From assembly GCA_002269645.1 (NCBI GenBank), contig NIVC01003472.1:32223-96222 (forward strand): 64,000 nucleotides of DNA. The letters are read 5' to 3'. This DNA comes from Macrostomum lignano. Lineage: Eukaryota. The notes below the pieces were generated by a model. The model was not told where the DNA came from. It did not search any database and saw only the letters and a program-made list of their open reading frames with translations. Shown in pieces: positions 49,901 to 62,900 of this stretch (its first letter is position 1; every line of letters begins with the position of its first letter). The translations under genes were made by a program, and so were the position numbers.

Positions 49901-52900
49901 CCACAATGTATAACATAAAAGAGCCACAATGTATAACATAAAAGAGCCACCCTGTTAAACATAAAAGATACACAATTTCAAACGTAAAAGTAAGCGAATT
50001 TTAAAGGAGCCGCTATAATGCTAAGGAAATTGTCGCACTAGCTACTTATTGTCTGGTGGATGCTTACTATTTGGGGATGCTATCTATCTTGGGGATGCTT
50101 GCTATCTTGGGGATGCTTGCTATCTGGGGGATGCTTGCTATCTGGGGGATGCTTGCTATCTGGGGGATGCTTGCTATCTGGGGGATGCTTGCTATCTGGG
50201 GGATGCTTGCTATCTGGGGGATGCTTGCTATCTGAGGGATGCTTGCTATCTGGGGGATGCTTGCTCTCTGGGGGATGCTTGCTATCCGGGGATGCTTGCT
50301 ATCTGGGGGATGCTTGAAATCTGGGGGATGCTTGCTATCTGAGGGATGCTTGCTATCTGGGGGATGCTTGCTATCTGGGGGATGCTTGCTATCTGGGGGA
50401 CGCTTGCTATCTGGGGGATGCTTGCTATCTTGGGGATGCTTGCTATCTGGGGATGCTTGCTATCTTGGGGATGCTTGCTATCTGGGGGATGCTTGCTATC
50501 TGGGGGATGCTTGCGGTCTTGGGATGATTTCTTTTTGCAATGCACTTCATTTGAGCAGTTTGTCTGTTGTCTTTTTGAAGGATTTTTGGCTGTTTTTTTG
50601 TTACTTGTAGAGAACAGAGATTCTATCCAGATGTCCCCCATCGGGGGGCGAAGATTGCTAGTCATTATGCTATTTCTGTTCGTTTACGTTCGACTCCAAT
50701 AGCCACTCGCGACTGTTTATGCCTATCGATTGAAAAAAAAGTTTCTGCGCGCAAGTCGTCTTCCCTGCGCCGAGCTTCAGTCATAAGCTGTGGCTTGAGC
50801 AGAATTTAATAATACAGGATCGGAAGAGTCAGATAATAGCAGGCCATAAGCTGGGCGGATTCAGCGCATAATCCGATAGCCGCGCGCACCGCAACTGGGA
50901 ATAACGCCACCATTCGGGGGTAAAAAGGATTCGCTGAACTTTCTGGCGGAGGGGCGGGGGGCTTCCGAGTGCGAATTGGCAAGGCCATGGACAACCACGA
51001 TCACACAGGGTGTACAGCGACGACCCTGACTTTCTAGTCGTCGGGTATGTACACTCTCGGTGCCCTGGAGATGGGCGTGAATCCCACGATAACCAGGGGT
51101 TGCGGTGGCTCGAGAGTCACTTATGTCCACAGATTTTTTTTTATTAGAGGCAGGGGGTTGTGTGCAACCTGGCGCAATTTAAGCGTCATTGCCACACAAC
51201 CGGCGAGAGGCATTACTGCCCATTCCGCCGACTCCCCTGAGCAGGCATACAAGCGCGCGGATACGTACGCAGGCACACACTCACACAGGAGTGTACAGCG
51301 GCCCAAACTTTATTTTATCGTTAGGCATGTACACTTCACTGCGCCTTGGGGGGTTGGCTCTCAAGGCCGTTAATTGCACAAGCGAGCCAAGCCAAGATTC
51401 CAATCCAGCCCCAAATTAATGTGGCTGCACTTGGAATCGAGCCTGGGTCGCTGGCACACCAGAGCAGCTGCGCTACCGCTGTGCTACGCCCCCCCCCTTA
51501 TGTCCACAGATACTATGATAATAATAATGATATTAACATTACATATTAGTATCATAAATAATTAGCAGATCTGTAGACATGGAGATATCAGTCCTACCAC
51601 CGCCTCCCATCGCGCAGGAGTTCGGCCACTGCACTCTGGACGGTCACAGGCAACGAATCGGCAACTTCAAGATCGAACCGCCCGGCCTGTTCCGCGGCCG
51701 CGGCAGCCACCCAAAGATGGGCAAGCTGAAACGCCGGGTCCAACCGGAGGACGTCATCATCAACTGTAGCAAAGATTCGGCCGTGCCGAAACCGCCGCCA
51801 GGTCACAAATGGAAGGAGGTCCGTCACGACAACACAGTGAGCTGGCTAGCCTGCTGGGTAGAGAATGTGCAAGGCAATTTCAAATACGTCATGCTGAACG
51901 CCGCCAGCCGACTCAAAGGCGAAAAGGATTGGAAGAAGTACGAGACCGCTAGGCAGTTGCACAAAGTCGTGGACAAGATTCGATCGCAATACCGGGCCGA
52001 TTTCAAAAGCAAAGAGATGCGACTCAGACAGCGATCGGTGGCTCTGTACTTTATTGACAAATTGGCGCTCAGGTGAGGCTGCTATTGTGTCTGTTTGTCT
52101 GACGTTCCTGAGTAGCTGCTGGTTTGGAGATTTGCGGTCTCATAGCCAACCCGCTGTCTCCCTGATGTCCTGAAATCCTCGTGACACCCTGAAATCACTT
52201 TGACATCCTGAGATCACTCTCAGACTCTGAGATCTCTCTGACATCCTGAGATCTCTCTGACATCCCGACCCGAGATCACTCTAAGACCCTGAGATCACTC
52301 TGACATCCCGAGATCACTCTAAGACCCTGAGATCACTCTAAGACCCTGAGATCACTCTGACATCCCGAGATCACTCTAAGACCCTGAGATCACTCTGACA
52401 TCCCGAGATCACTTCAAGACCCTGAGATCACTCTGACACCCTTAGATCACTCTGACACCCTGAGATCACTCTGACATCCCGAGATCACTTCAAGACCCTG
52501 AGATCACTCTGACACCCTGAGATCACTCTGACACCCTGAGATCACTCTGACATCCCGAGATCACTTCAAGACCCTGAGATCACTCTGACACCCTGAGATC
52601 ACTCTGACACCCTTAGATCACTCTGACACCCTGAGATCACTCTGACACCCTGAGATCACTCTAAGACCCTGAGATCACTTTAAGACCCTGAGATCACTCT
52701 GACACCCTGAGATCACTTTAAGACCCTGAGATCACTCTGACACCCTGAGATCACTTTAAGACCCTGAGATCACTCTAAGACCCTGAGATCACTCTGACAT
52801 CCCGAGATCACTCTAAGACCCTGAGATCACTCTGACATCCCGAGATCACTTACGAGGGGCATCCCAAAAGTCCGTTCAGTACGTGCCGTTTTTACCATAA

Positions 52901-55900
52901 ACGACGAGTAAAGAGCTCAACCACTCACAGTTATTTACTAGAGCAACCCCTCTTTAACTTTATAAAATTTTGAGCTTATATATCGAGTATTCGAAGTGTT
53001 ATAATAAATTAACCAGTCTAGTGATTTTAAACTTGGCCGATCTGATTAACTGATGGAGGACGTTAACAATATCGAGCAACGCTTGTACATCAAAGCCGAA
53101 TTTTTGCGAGGAACAAAAGCTGCGCAAGTTCACCGGCAACTTGTTGAAGCATTCAAAGACCGCGTGCCTTTACTGAGAGATCTGTGTACAATTGGTATAC
53201 GCGCTTCAGAGATGGGCAATTCGACATCGAGGATGGCCAGCAATCAGGACGGCCAAGGGAGTCTCGATCAGATGCCAACGTTGAGCTGGTGAAGGGCATC
53301 CTCGAAATCGATCGTCGGTGGACTTGTGAAGAACTGGAGGAACTGACTGGAATTCCATCTACTAGTGTGCACCGAATTTTAACAGAAGATCTGGGCTTGC
53401 AGAAGGTCACAGCTCGATGGGTGCCTCACCACCTGGATGATGCACAGAAGGATCGTCGGAGAACTGTTGCCCAGCAGCTGCTGCAGCGCTTTCGGAAGGA
53501 GGGAGAGAAATTTCTTCAGAGAATTGTGACTTTAGATGAGACGTGGGCCTGCTCATATGAACCGAATCTAAAGTCGCAGAATTCTGAATGGCAGCAGCGC
53601 GACCGTTCTGCCGCACAGTCTTCCCGGCCAGAAGTCCTGAGGCGCAGCAAGGGGTCCAAGAAGATGATGCTCATCGTCTGCTATGATTACTTTGGTATGG
53701 TTCTTGTACACAGAGTGCCTGAGGGACAGACTGTAAATCAGTATTACAGACGCTTTATTATTTACCATCTTCGACCAGCGCTCCAGAAGAAGCGAGCACT
53801 GACACTTTCGAATGGACCCCTATTGCTGCATGACAACGCAAGCCCCCACACTGGTTGGATTGTCAAGGAGCTGCTGGCAAACTACGGCTGGGAAGTCCTA
53901 CCTCATCCCGCCTATTCTCCCGACCTGAGTCCTTGTGACTTCGATCTCTTTCCAAAGCTAAAAAATCAGCTACGAGGCCACCGCTACTACTGCCTGGACG
54001 AACTCTTCAGCATCATCGTCCAGGTGCTTCAACACCTGTGTGATTCTGGCGCTACTGACGGAGTCAAGAAACTACCAGAGCGCTGGCAGCGTGTGATTGC
54101 GGCCAATGGAAGTTATTTTGAAGGCCTATGAAGTTTTTAAACTTTCCTGTTGCACTGTTGCGTTTTTATTCAGTGACTGAACGGACTTTTGGGATGCCCC
54201 TCGTAAAGACCCTGAGATCACTCTGACATCCCGAGATCACTTCAAGACCCTGAGATCACTCTAAGACCCTGAGATCACTCTGACATCCCGAGATCACTTC
54301 AAGACCCTGAGATCACTCTGACACCCTTAGATCACTCTGACATCCCGAGATCACTTAAAGACCCTGAGATCACTCTGACATCCCGAGATCACTTCAAGAC
54401 CCTGAGATCACTTAAAGACCCTGAGATCACTCTGACATCCCGAGATCACTTCAAGACCCTGAGATCACTCTAAGACCCTGAGATCACTCTGACATCCCGA
54501 GATCACTTCAAGACCCTGAGATCACTCTGACACCCTGAGATCACTCTGACACCCTGAGATCACTCTGACACCCTGAGATCACTCTGACATCCCGAGATCA
54601 CGTCAAGACCCTGAGATCACTCTGACACCCTGAGATCACTCTGACACCCTTAGATCACTCTGACACCCTGAGATCACTCTGACACCCTGAGATCACTCTA
54701 AGACCCTGAGATCACTTTAAGACCCTGAGATCACTCTGACACCCTGAGATCACTTTAAGACCCTGAGATCACTCTGACACCCTGAGATCACTTTAAGACC
54801 CTGAGATCACTTTAAGACCCTGAGATCACTCTGACACCTTGAGATCCCTCTGACACCCTGAGATCACTCTGACACCCTGAGATCACTTTAAGACCCTGAG
54901 ATCCCTCTGACACCCTGAGATCACTCTGACACCCTGAGATCACTCTTACACCCGAGATCAATCTGATGCCTGATCAAAAGTACTCAAATTTTTCACCCTT
55001 CAGGGCTGGCAACGAGAAGGATGACGACGAGGCAGACACGGTGGGCTGCTGCTCGCTACGCTACGAGCACATCAAGCTGCACAAGCAGCACCCGGAGCTC
55101 GGCCAATACGTCGTCGAATTTGACTTCCTCGGCAAAGATTCAATTCGCTATAACAACGCCGTGGCGGTTGAGAAGCGCGTATTTAAAAACCTTCGCCTAT
55201 TCATGGAGGGCAAGAAAGAGGGCGACGATTTGTTTGACCGATTGAACACTTCTATTCTCAACGCCCACCTGAAGGAGCTGATGGACGGCCTAACAGCCAA
55301 GGTGTTCAGGACCTACAACGCTAGCAAGACCTTGGAGGATCAGCTGGAGAAGCTGACGAATCCTGACGAGCCGCTGGCCGCCAAGATTCTGGCCTACAAT
55401 CGGGCCAATCGCGAGGTGGCCATTCTGTGCAACCATCAGCGCGCGGTGCCCAAGACTTTCGAGAAGTCAATGGAGAATCTCAGCAAGAAGCTGGAGGATA
55501 AAGAGGCCGCCGTGAAAGCCGCTAAGCGCGAGGCTAAACAAGCGAAGGCTCTGGCTAAGAAGGAGAAATCGGCGAAGAATAAGCAGGTAATTGAGTTAAA
55601 TTTTTACTAACATTATTATTCAGTAGATTATTAAAGAGATATTTGAGCTTTTTTAAACTCAAAACTTATTTTTTGTATATATTTAATAAACCTTAAATAT
55701 ACTCGGGTAGGAAAAGTTTATTGATGTGCTAGCTGCGTGATAGGTGAATTGATAGCTGCGTGATAGGTGAAGTGATAGCTACGTGATAGGTGAAGTGATA
55801 GCTACGTGATAGGTGAAGTGATAGCTACGTGATAGGTGAAGTGATAGCTACGTGATAGGTGAAGTGATAGCTACGTTATAGGTGAATTGATAGCTACGTG

Positions 55901-56894
55901 ATTGGTGAAGTGATAGCTACGTGATTAGTGAAGTGATAGCTACGTCATTAGTGAAGTGATGGCTACGTGATAGGTGAAGTGATAACTACGTGATAAGTGA
56001 AGTGATAGCTACGTGATAGGTGAAGTGATAGCTACGTGATAGGTGAAGTGATAACTACGTGATAGGTGAAGTGATAGCTGCGTGATAAGTGAAGTGATAG
56101 CTACGTGATTGGTGAACCGGTAGCTTACGCGATTGGTGAATTGATAGCTAATTGATTGGTGAACAGATAGCTACGCGATTGGTGAACAGATAGCTACGCG
56201 ATTGGTGAACAGATAGCTACGTGATTGGTGAACAGATAGCTACGCGATTGGTGAACAGATAGCTACGTGATTGGTGAACAGATAGCTACGCGATTGGTGA
56301 ACAGATAGCTACGTGATTAGTGAACAGATAGCTACGTGATTGGTGAACAGATAGCTACGTGATTGGTGAACAGATAGCTACGTGATTGGTGAACAGATAG
56401 CTACGTGATTGGTGAACAGATAGCTATGTGATTAGTGAACCGATAGCTATGTGATTGGTGAACCGATAGCTACGTGATTAGTGAACCGATAGCTATGTGA
56501 TTGGTGAACCGATAGCTACGTGATTGATTGAGTTGCTACATTCCGCTTCTTGATTCCATTTCAGGCCTACGAGAAGAAGAAGAACGCGCTGCGTCGCCTC
56601 GAAGACCAGCTGTTGAAGCTGCGCGTACAACGCACCGACAAAGACGAGAACAAAGAGATCGCCCTTGGCACGTCCAAGCTGAACTATCTGGACCCGCGCA
56701 TCTCTGTGGCCTGGTGCCGCAGATTCGACGTCCCAGTTGAGAAAGTGTACAACAAAACCCAGCGCGATAAGTTCCAATGGGCCATCGATATGGCTACGGC
56801 TAGTTTCCGATTTCAGGACACCGAATCGGACAAGGCCACGAATCAGCTGCGCGAGGTTGAGGACGACGAGGACGGAGACGATGGCGACGATTGA
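43974..56894 (+). CDS. TOP1: DNA topoisomerase I (type IB)
   Basis: Exons ~43966/43974-44681, 45774-45941, 51618-52072, 55004-55586, 56565-56894 join in phase. Motifs WKFLEHKG-like [65 protein letters not shown] (catalytic Tyr). An additional upstream exon is possible. Confidence 0.97.
44735..45560. repeat. ~26-29-bp degenerate minisatellite in TOP1 intron 1
   Basis: Unit about ttgttcatggacttctgggtgtcttttct. Confidence 0.92.
47045..49970. repeat. 23-bp satellite array (~125 monomers, two subtypes, higher-order duplication)
   Basis: Units atgtcaaacattaaagagccacc and atgtcaaacatatacatgactcc; diagnostic variants recur at ~644-bp (28-mer) spacing. Confidence 0.95.
50050..50525. repeat. 18-bp minisatellite near the Helitron 3' end
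   Basis: Unit gggggatgcttgctatct; related to the array at 10395-10620. Confidence 0.95.
51150..51495 (-). mobile_element. tRNA-derived SINE, family B copy 3 (most complete)
   Basis: Minus-strand head gggggcgtagcacagcggtagcgc...ggctcgattcc with A and B boxes; body matches 1250-1530. Confidence 0.8.
52195..54960. repeat. 19-bp satellite array in TOP1 intron 3, split by a mariner
   Basis: Unit ccctgagatcactctgaca at ~52195-52850 and ~54206-54960. Confidence 0.95.
52853..54203 (+). mobile_element. Full-length mariner (D,D34D) element, 1351 bp, one frameshift
   Basis: Perfect 28-bp TIRs cgaggggcatcccaaaagtccgttcagt, TA TSD. Transposase 53053-54131 has [27 protein letters not shown] with 34 residues between the last two Asp. 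A +2 frameshift lies near 53162. Confidence 0.96.
55725..56525. repeat. 23-bp minisatellite in TOP1 intron 4
   Basis: Unit gtgatagctacgtgataggtgaa grading into cagatagctacgtgattggtgaa. Confidence 0.95.
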
Positions 56895-57196
56895 TTGGGG
56901 GTCAATCGATTATCGACGTCTCTGTGGCGGATTGCTGTCGGCTCGACTGACAATATAAGTCTCTTTATATAATTTCTAATGTCTCTTTAATGCGTCTTTT
57001 TTAGTCTGTTGGCCAGTTGCACCCTGTTTATCGGCTTTAAAAAACTATTGTTGCGTTTTAATATTTGTACGAGTATATCGCACTTTTAATTTAAATGCTT
57101 ATTAACATATTTCTATGAATTTCCCTTTTTGTCACGCTTCAACGTGTGGTCTAAGCTCGCCTCTTAAAACCTCGATTTATAGAAAACTTGGTATCG

Positions 57197-57578
57197 CCCC
57201 TTAGCAACCTCCCTGAGCATTGTCCCTTAGCAACCTCCCTGAGCATTGTCCCTTAGCAACCTCCCTGAGCATTGTCCCTTAGCAACCACCCTGAGCATTG
57301 CCCCTTAGCAACCACCCTGAGCATTGCCCCTTAGCAACCTCCCTGAGCATTGTCCCTTAGCAACCTCCCTGAGCATTGCCCCTTAGCAACCTCCCTGAGC
57401 ATTGTCCCTTAGCAACCTCCCTGAGCATTGTCCCTTAGCAACCTCCCTGAGCATTGTCCCTTAGCAACCACCCTGAGCATTGCCCCTTAGCAACCACCCT
57501 GAGCATTGCCCCTTAGCAACCACCCTGAGCATTGCCCCTTAGCAACCACCCTGAGCATTGCCCCTTAGCAACCTCCCT
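57197..57578. repeat. 26-bp minisatellite downstream of TOP1
   Basis: Unit cccttagcaacctccctgagcattgt, ~14 copies. Confidence 0.95.
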
Positions 57579-58410
57579 AACTCACTGAGTCGGCTAATTT
57601 ATTTATGTTTTACTACTGAGTACGGCAATTAAAAACAAAAATGAAAGCAAAAAATCCGCACTTGAACCTGCATGCCTGAAAGTCAATTTTGTTTCACCTG
57701 TTTGCTATTCTGTATTCTGGCTTGTAGTATCTGTGGAAAAGTACTTTGAAACAAATAAGTCTGGTTTAGTAGTTATCTCGTTTATTCGTCAGCACTGTTT
57801 TAGCTTGATGTGTGCAGCAGCCGATGTAACGTCGGTACGCACTGAATCATCATTTATATGCGCTTTAAAAATTATAATCTGAAATTTGTCAGTTTTATTT
57901 ATTTTTAAAAGACCAAATCGAATCTTATTGGTCAATTAATATTACATTAATATTTTGCGATGAACTGTTGTTTACTACAATAACTACTTAATGATACTTA
58001 AAAATTAAAACTACTTAAATTATTATATTCAGTAGTCATACGCACGCGTCTTTGCTTCATAGTTTTCTGTTAACTTGTATGGTAATTTTTTTCAGCTGAC
58101 AGCAAAATAGCATTTTAGTTATGTTAAAGCATTTTCTCGTATTGCTATTTTTCGTTTGTTTGCTTTCTTCGGACCTAAATTTATTAGTCAAGTTGGTTTA
58201 GTTGTTTCTTCTTTTTTACTATATTGTGCAAAAATTGGTGCTTACAAATCGCCGTCTTAGGTGCTTAAATGTTTGTTGCATTTAGGCACCGGTATTGTGT
58301 TTGCCTTCAGTTTACTAAGTAAAACAGTGTAACTATCGATATTTATTTCTAACGTCTATTAACTTGTTCTGTCTTAACTATCTAACCCGTTGGATTTTGA
58401 GTTTTTAAAT

Positions 58411-59470
58411 TAGGCATGAAAGGTGAAGAGTTTTGCACCTTCTGCCTCACTTTCGCCTCTCCTATGCCTTTTTGTGCCACTTGTGCACCTTTTGTTCACC
58501 TGAGTGCCTCTGCAGGGGCGGAAGGTGAATTTAAGGCACGAAATAGGCGGTAGGGGCACAGGTGTCATAGGTGAGTTAGGTGCATAAAAGGTGGACAGTG
58601 TGCGTTGAGGCACAAAAGGTGAATAAAATAGGAATTGGGGGCATTGGGTGAGTGAAAGGTGAAAAAAAGGTGTGCTGCGGTGGAGGTGCAGAAAAGGTGT
58701 ACAGTGTGCACTGGAGGCACGAAAGGTGAATAAAAGGTGCACAGTGGGCACTTTAGGCGTTGAGGCAATGCAAGGGGCGTTAAATTTTCAACTGGCAAAG
58801 TTCTTTGCTTCCTTTTCTCACTATTCAAACTTTTCCTCACTAATGCAAACCTTTTTATCACTTTTCGGAGCTTTTCCTGAGTATTTGAAAGTCATTAAAA
58901 CTTATCAGTTTTGGAAATGTTTTTTCGTGGTTTGTCAGGATTAGGAAGGGGATAACAGCGATTAGCATATATGTAACTCTCAGTTAATTTTTTGTTACGA
59001 ATTCTTAATGCGTTAATATTCGTGCATAGGCATGAAAGGTGAGCGAGGTGCACAGAAGAGGCACTTTAGGGGTCTATAATTTCGAGCGTGTTTTGGAAAT
59101 GCACCTGTATACATATTTACGCCGCACATGCACACCTTATGCACCTCTAATTCACCTTTCATGCGCTTTCTGCGCCCCTTCAGCACCTCCCGTGCACCTG
59201 ATGTGCCTCACTTGTGAGCCTACTCTTCACCTTTTGCGCACCTCCAGTGCCCCTTATACACCTTTACTGCCCCTACCGCCGCAACCAATCAAAATTGAGA
59301 ATTCACCTACTGCCTGACCACTTCACCTATTTTACACCTTTCATGCCTCTTTTTAAAAATATTGGTGACATTTAGGCATAAAAGGTGCACTCAGGTGCAT
59401 TTCCAAAACACACACGAAATAGGCCACCAAAGTGCCTCTTTTGTGCACCTCGTTCACCTTTTATGCCTCT
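58411..59470. mobile_element. Cluster of related foldback/MITE-like elements rich in aggtg/cacct
   Basis: Ends aggcatgaaaggtg at ~58412, ~59027 and ~59376; inverted cacctttcatgcct at ~59335 and cacctttt-atgcct at ~59456. Confidence 0.6.
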
Positions 59471-59949
59471 GCAGGTGCATAACTTTTCCAACGGGTAACC
59501 TTTAATAATAACTGGACTTTCAAGACATCGTTTGCGCTAACAACAGCTTTTCACCTCTTTAATGATCTGGCTGGCGTCATAGGTTTAAATGTATTGTGTA
59601 GTACGTTTGTTTATTCTAAATTGTTTTTCCTTTCTAATTGTTATTCCTTAAAGGAATCGTTTTAGGGAGGGCTGTGGCGAACGTTTAATGATAGAAAAGT
59701 TAACTTTTATCATGTTGGCTTTTATTATTTATTGAGCCTGAAGACCAGGGCAAAACCTAATCACAGTTGAAGGGTTGCAGTAAAAAATTGGTAACCGTTC
59801 CGCGCGTGTAGCTTTGCTTTGTTTCGACTTGAAATTTATTCTCAACCTTGAATTTCTTGTTTTACTTGTTTCAGTCAGGTAAAAGCAAGCAGTGATTGAG
59901 TCGTCAATATTAATAACACAGTTTTTCGTCGTGGTTTTGATGTTAAACC

Positions 59950-62900
59950 ATGTTTTTATCCGCTCTTGGCTCAGACGGTCTGCATTTCCAACCGACCAAG
60001 GAGGCTATCGATTTTTGGAAAGTCGACAAAACTAAATCTGGCGGCTGCCAGTGCAGCAGTTGCAGCGATGGCTACTGCTCAATGGGGTTGGTTCAAGTTG
60101 CAAGAAAAGTTATATTAGCTCACCTAGAGCTAACTTCTTCCTCGGTTACTACATCACATGGCGAGCTCATGGACTCAAAGTTTAGTAAGGCTTTTTTGTC
60201 AAGTATTAGTGAAGGCAGTAAAGAAGAATGTGATGTTTCGGCTATCGAGACTGCTTACAAAAGACTTGAATCGCTTACGACTTCTATTGGGCAGGAAGAC
60301 TCGGTTCTGATGCACGAGTGCTTGGCAATACTAAGCGGGCTGCTCTGTGTTAACGAAGCTCTTGTTTCTTTAAGGCAGTCCACAGATGAATGGCCAAAGA
60401 AATGCGCCATTGCTCGAAGTGTTGTCACTTGGCACTTGTCTCCTAGTAGACAACATCTAATCGATAATTGGATAAAAATGTTATTACGAAAAGCTGCTGG
60501 AGTAATGTTCTTTAATGTTGCAAAACTCAAGGAAGTCTGTAATTATCAAAATTTTCGCCTAGCATTCAAGTGGTTTGAAGCGATGATCGAGCGCAAAGAG
60601 GAAGTCAAGCGGCCTGTCACTACGCGGAAGCTGTTGATGCGAAAGACTGACAAAGATATTGTGGCGAGCGAGTTTACAATCACCGGTATAATTAGTATGG
60701 CTGCTTGTCTTCTAGAGCTGCGACAGACCGTTCGAGCAAATATTCTTCTTGACTTGTTTCGCAAGAAACTGTTCCCCAGAGCCGCAAGAACAAGTGATGA
60801 ACGCTACTTGAAAGCCTACGCTGATTATATACGAGGTGTTTGCTTATTTGAAGACACTAATCCTCAGCGAATAGCAATTCGAAGACCCGAGGCCTATAAG
60901 CAGTTTCTTCAAGACAGATACACTGAGGCCAAGCTTAGTTTGGACGAAAGTGCCCACGAGTTAGAAGAATGCGCGCCTAAATCGTCGTTGTTGGCTTCCG
61001 TCTACACTGTACGCGGAATCGTTCGCGCCAATATGCTGGCTGACTTTAGCAGCGATGCTCTGTGTGATCTAAGCAAGGCAACAGACTTGGAGTGCGAAAT
61101 TCGCCAGCCTACCGCTTCGATGCGGAGCTTGCTGCAGATTCTGCGAATAGGCGCTGACTCTGTTAGCTCGAAACAAGATCAGAATGAATGGAATGAAGTT
61201 TATCAACAAGCTTTGGTGAGCAATATAGCTTCTTTTATTATCTCTTGCAATGCTTTGCTTACGCTTTCAGATTTTATGTTTACTCGTGATCTTTGCTTCA
61301 TATGGTTCGTTTCCATCCAACGCTTTATGGACTTTAGTGGAAGTGTAGCTCGTCTTTTAAAAAGCAAATAAGACAAACGCTAACAAAAACTTTGAATTTT
61401 ATGTTGCCAACTCGTTTTGTCGTCACTATGTAACCTACTGTACTCTAAGCTCACGCTCCACCCCTTTGTCAATTAAGTTGGGTTTGTGAATTCTGCTTCT
61501 GAGGCTTCAATTATACTGTAGACATCCCGTCTCAAAGTAGAAATTAAAAGCTATGGTCATGTTTGCATCCATGCGATAATTTCAATACGTATATATAACA
61601 CTTTTACCGGTAGTAGCTTAATCGGATCATTGTCAACGCGCTTTTCATCCATGCAGAGTATCATTAATCACAGATTAAAATTAAATTAAATATGGGTTTT
61701 AAGTAGTTTCCTTGCGCTTTATTCAGCTGTTGTTTTCCTGTGTACTAAATATCCGAATGCCCTTTTTCAGAAATGCCATTTGGAAGTTTCTATAAAGGTT
61801 GACTGTCAAAAGTATGCGGGCGCGAGGGAGCGCGAAACGAAGGAAGGAAATACGAGTTGTGAAGGTGGGGTTTTTGCTCAGTAACTAAATCATGGCTTAG
61901 CGTAGTTTAACTTCTAGCTATAAAATCGTATTGTGCAATAATGTTTTTTTCAGATAAACCGGTTCCTAAAACAATATCTGATGTGGTTATTTCACAGATT
62001 GAGACACCTCTTGACTTAGTTCGCGAATACCTCGACTGCTACAGAAAAGAAGGTCTTGAATATTTTAAAGATCGACTGAGACGATGCAAAGAAACTAATA
62101 GCTACGTGGCAGGATTGCTCTGTCATTTGTTCATCGCTAAATACTACATCTATGCTTGTGCGAAAGGAAAGGTTGAGTGTCGCCAGGCTAAGGTATCTAG
62201 ACTTGTGTCTATGTACTTTGGAATAGAGCTGTCGTTAGAAAGCTACCAATCTATCACTCTTAAACGGTTGGTTTCTGATCATCACGAAATGGGACCTGCT
62301 ATCGCTCTGATCTGTGGCTTCTGGATTGCTAACGAAGCGGAACTGTGTTTGTTGAAAGTGGTGGCTCGAAATTTGAAGCTTTTTTCTCCAACGTTGCACA
62401 CTAAGGATAATAAATCCTCAAAGTTGGTTACTACGGTTGCCTTCCTGAAGATTTTCTTTTCTTCAAATCATTTTCGATTATTAGACCAAACCTGGCGCCA
62501 GTGCAGAGCGCTTAACGAGCACGCGACATTGATTTGCTCTGAACTGAGCGAGGATCCAAGTATGGGACAGTCTGAGTTTGTTTCTTTCTTACGAATCTAC
62601 GTTGGAGAGTTGGCTTATCGCATGTGCGACAAAATTAAGGACAATCAAGACTTTTCAGCGTCCGTCAGGAGAAGGTCTTGCGACGAGTTGTTTAGAGTGT
62701 TGCAGCAGAATCTATCAAGTCCTGAAGGTCATGTTCTGCCTTCCTCATTGGCTGTTATGTGCCTCACTGCTCTGGGAAACTTTTCCGATGCGCCCAGAAA
62801 TTGCAAGACTCTATTCGGTATGCCAGATTTTCGACTTCATCGCTTTCAACTAGCCTACGATTTGTGCGCCGCCGCCGGCCTCGTTGATACAGAGGTACAC

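Larger units (their letters stand above)
46447..50661 (+). mobile_element. Non-autonomous Helitron (4215 bp) containing two satellite arrays
   Basis: 5' a|TCttcctatatactaaaaatgag, 3' hairpin cccccatcgggggg then CTAG|t; no TSD. Flanks join to give the uninterrupted paralog at ~15360-15385 (minus strand). No Rep/helicase ORF. Confidence 0.8.

Noticed and set aside
47045-49970. Possible CRISPR-like array (also considered for the 49-, 54-, 19- and 23-bp arrays)
   Set aside because: Units are contiguous with no unique spacers, there are no cas genes, and the context is eukaryotic intronic DNA.
51420-51495. tRNA gene (also 2265-2340, 4430-4500, 33885-33930)
   Set aside because: A and B boxes are present but each continues into a shared SINE body, and I could not fold a full cloverleaf.
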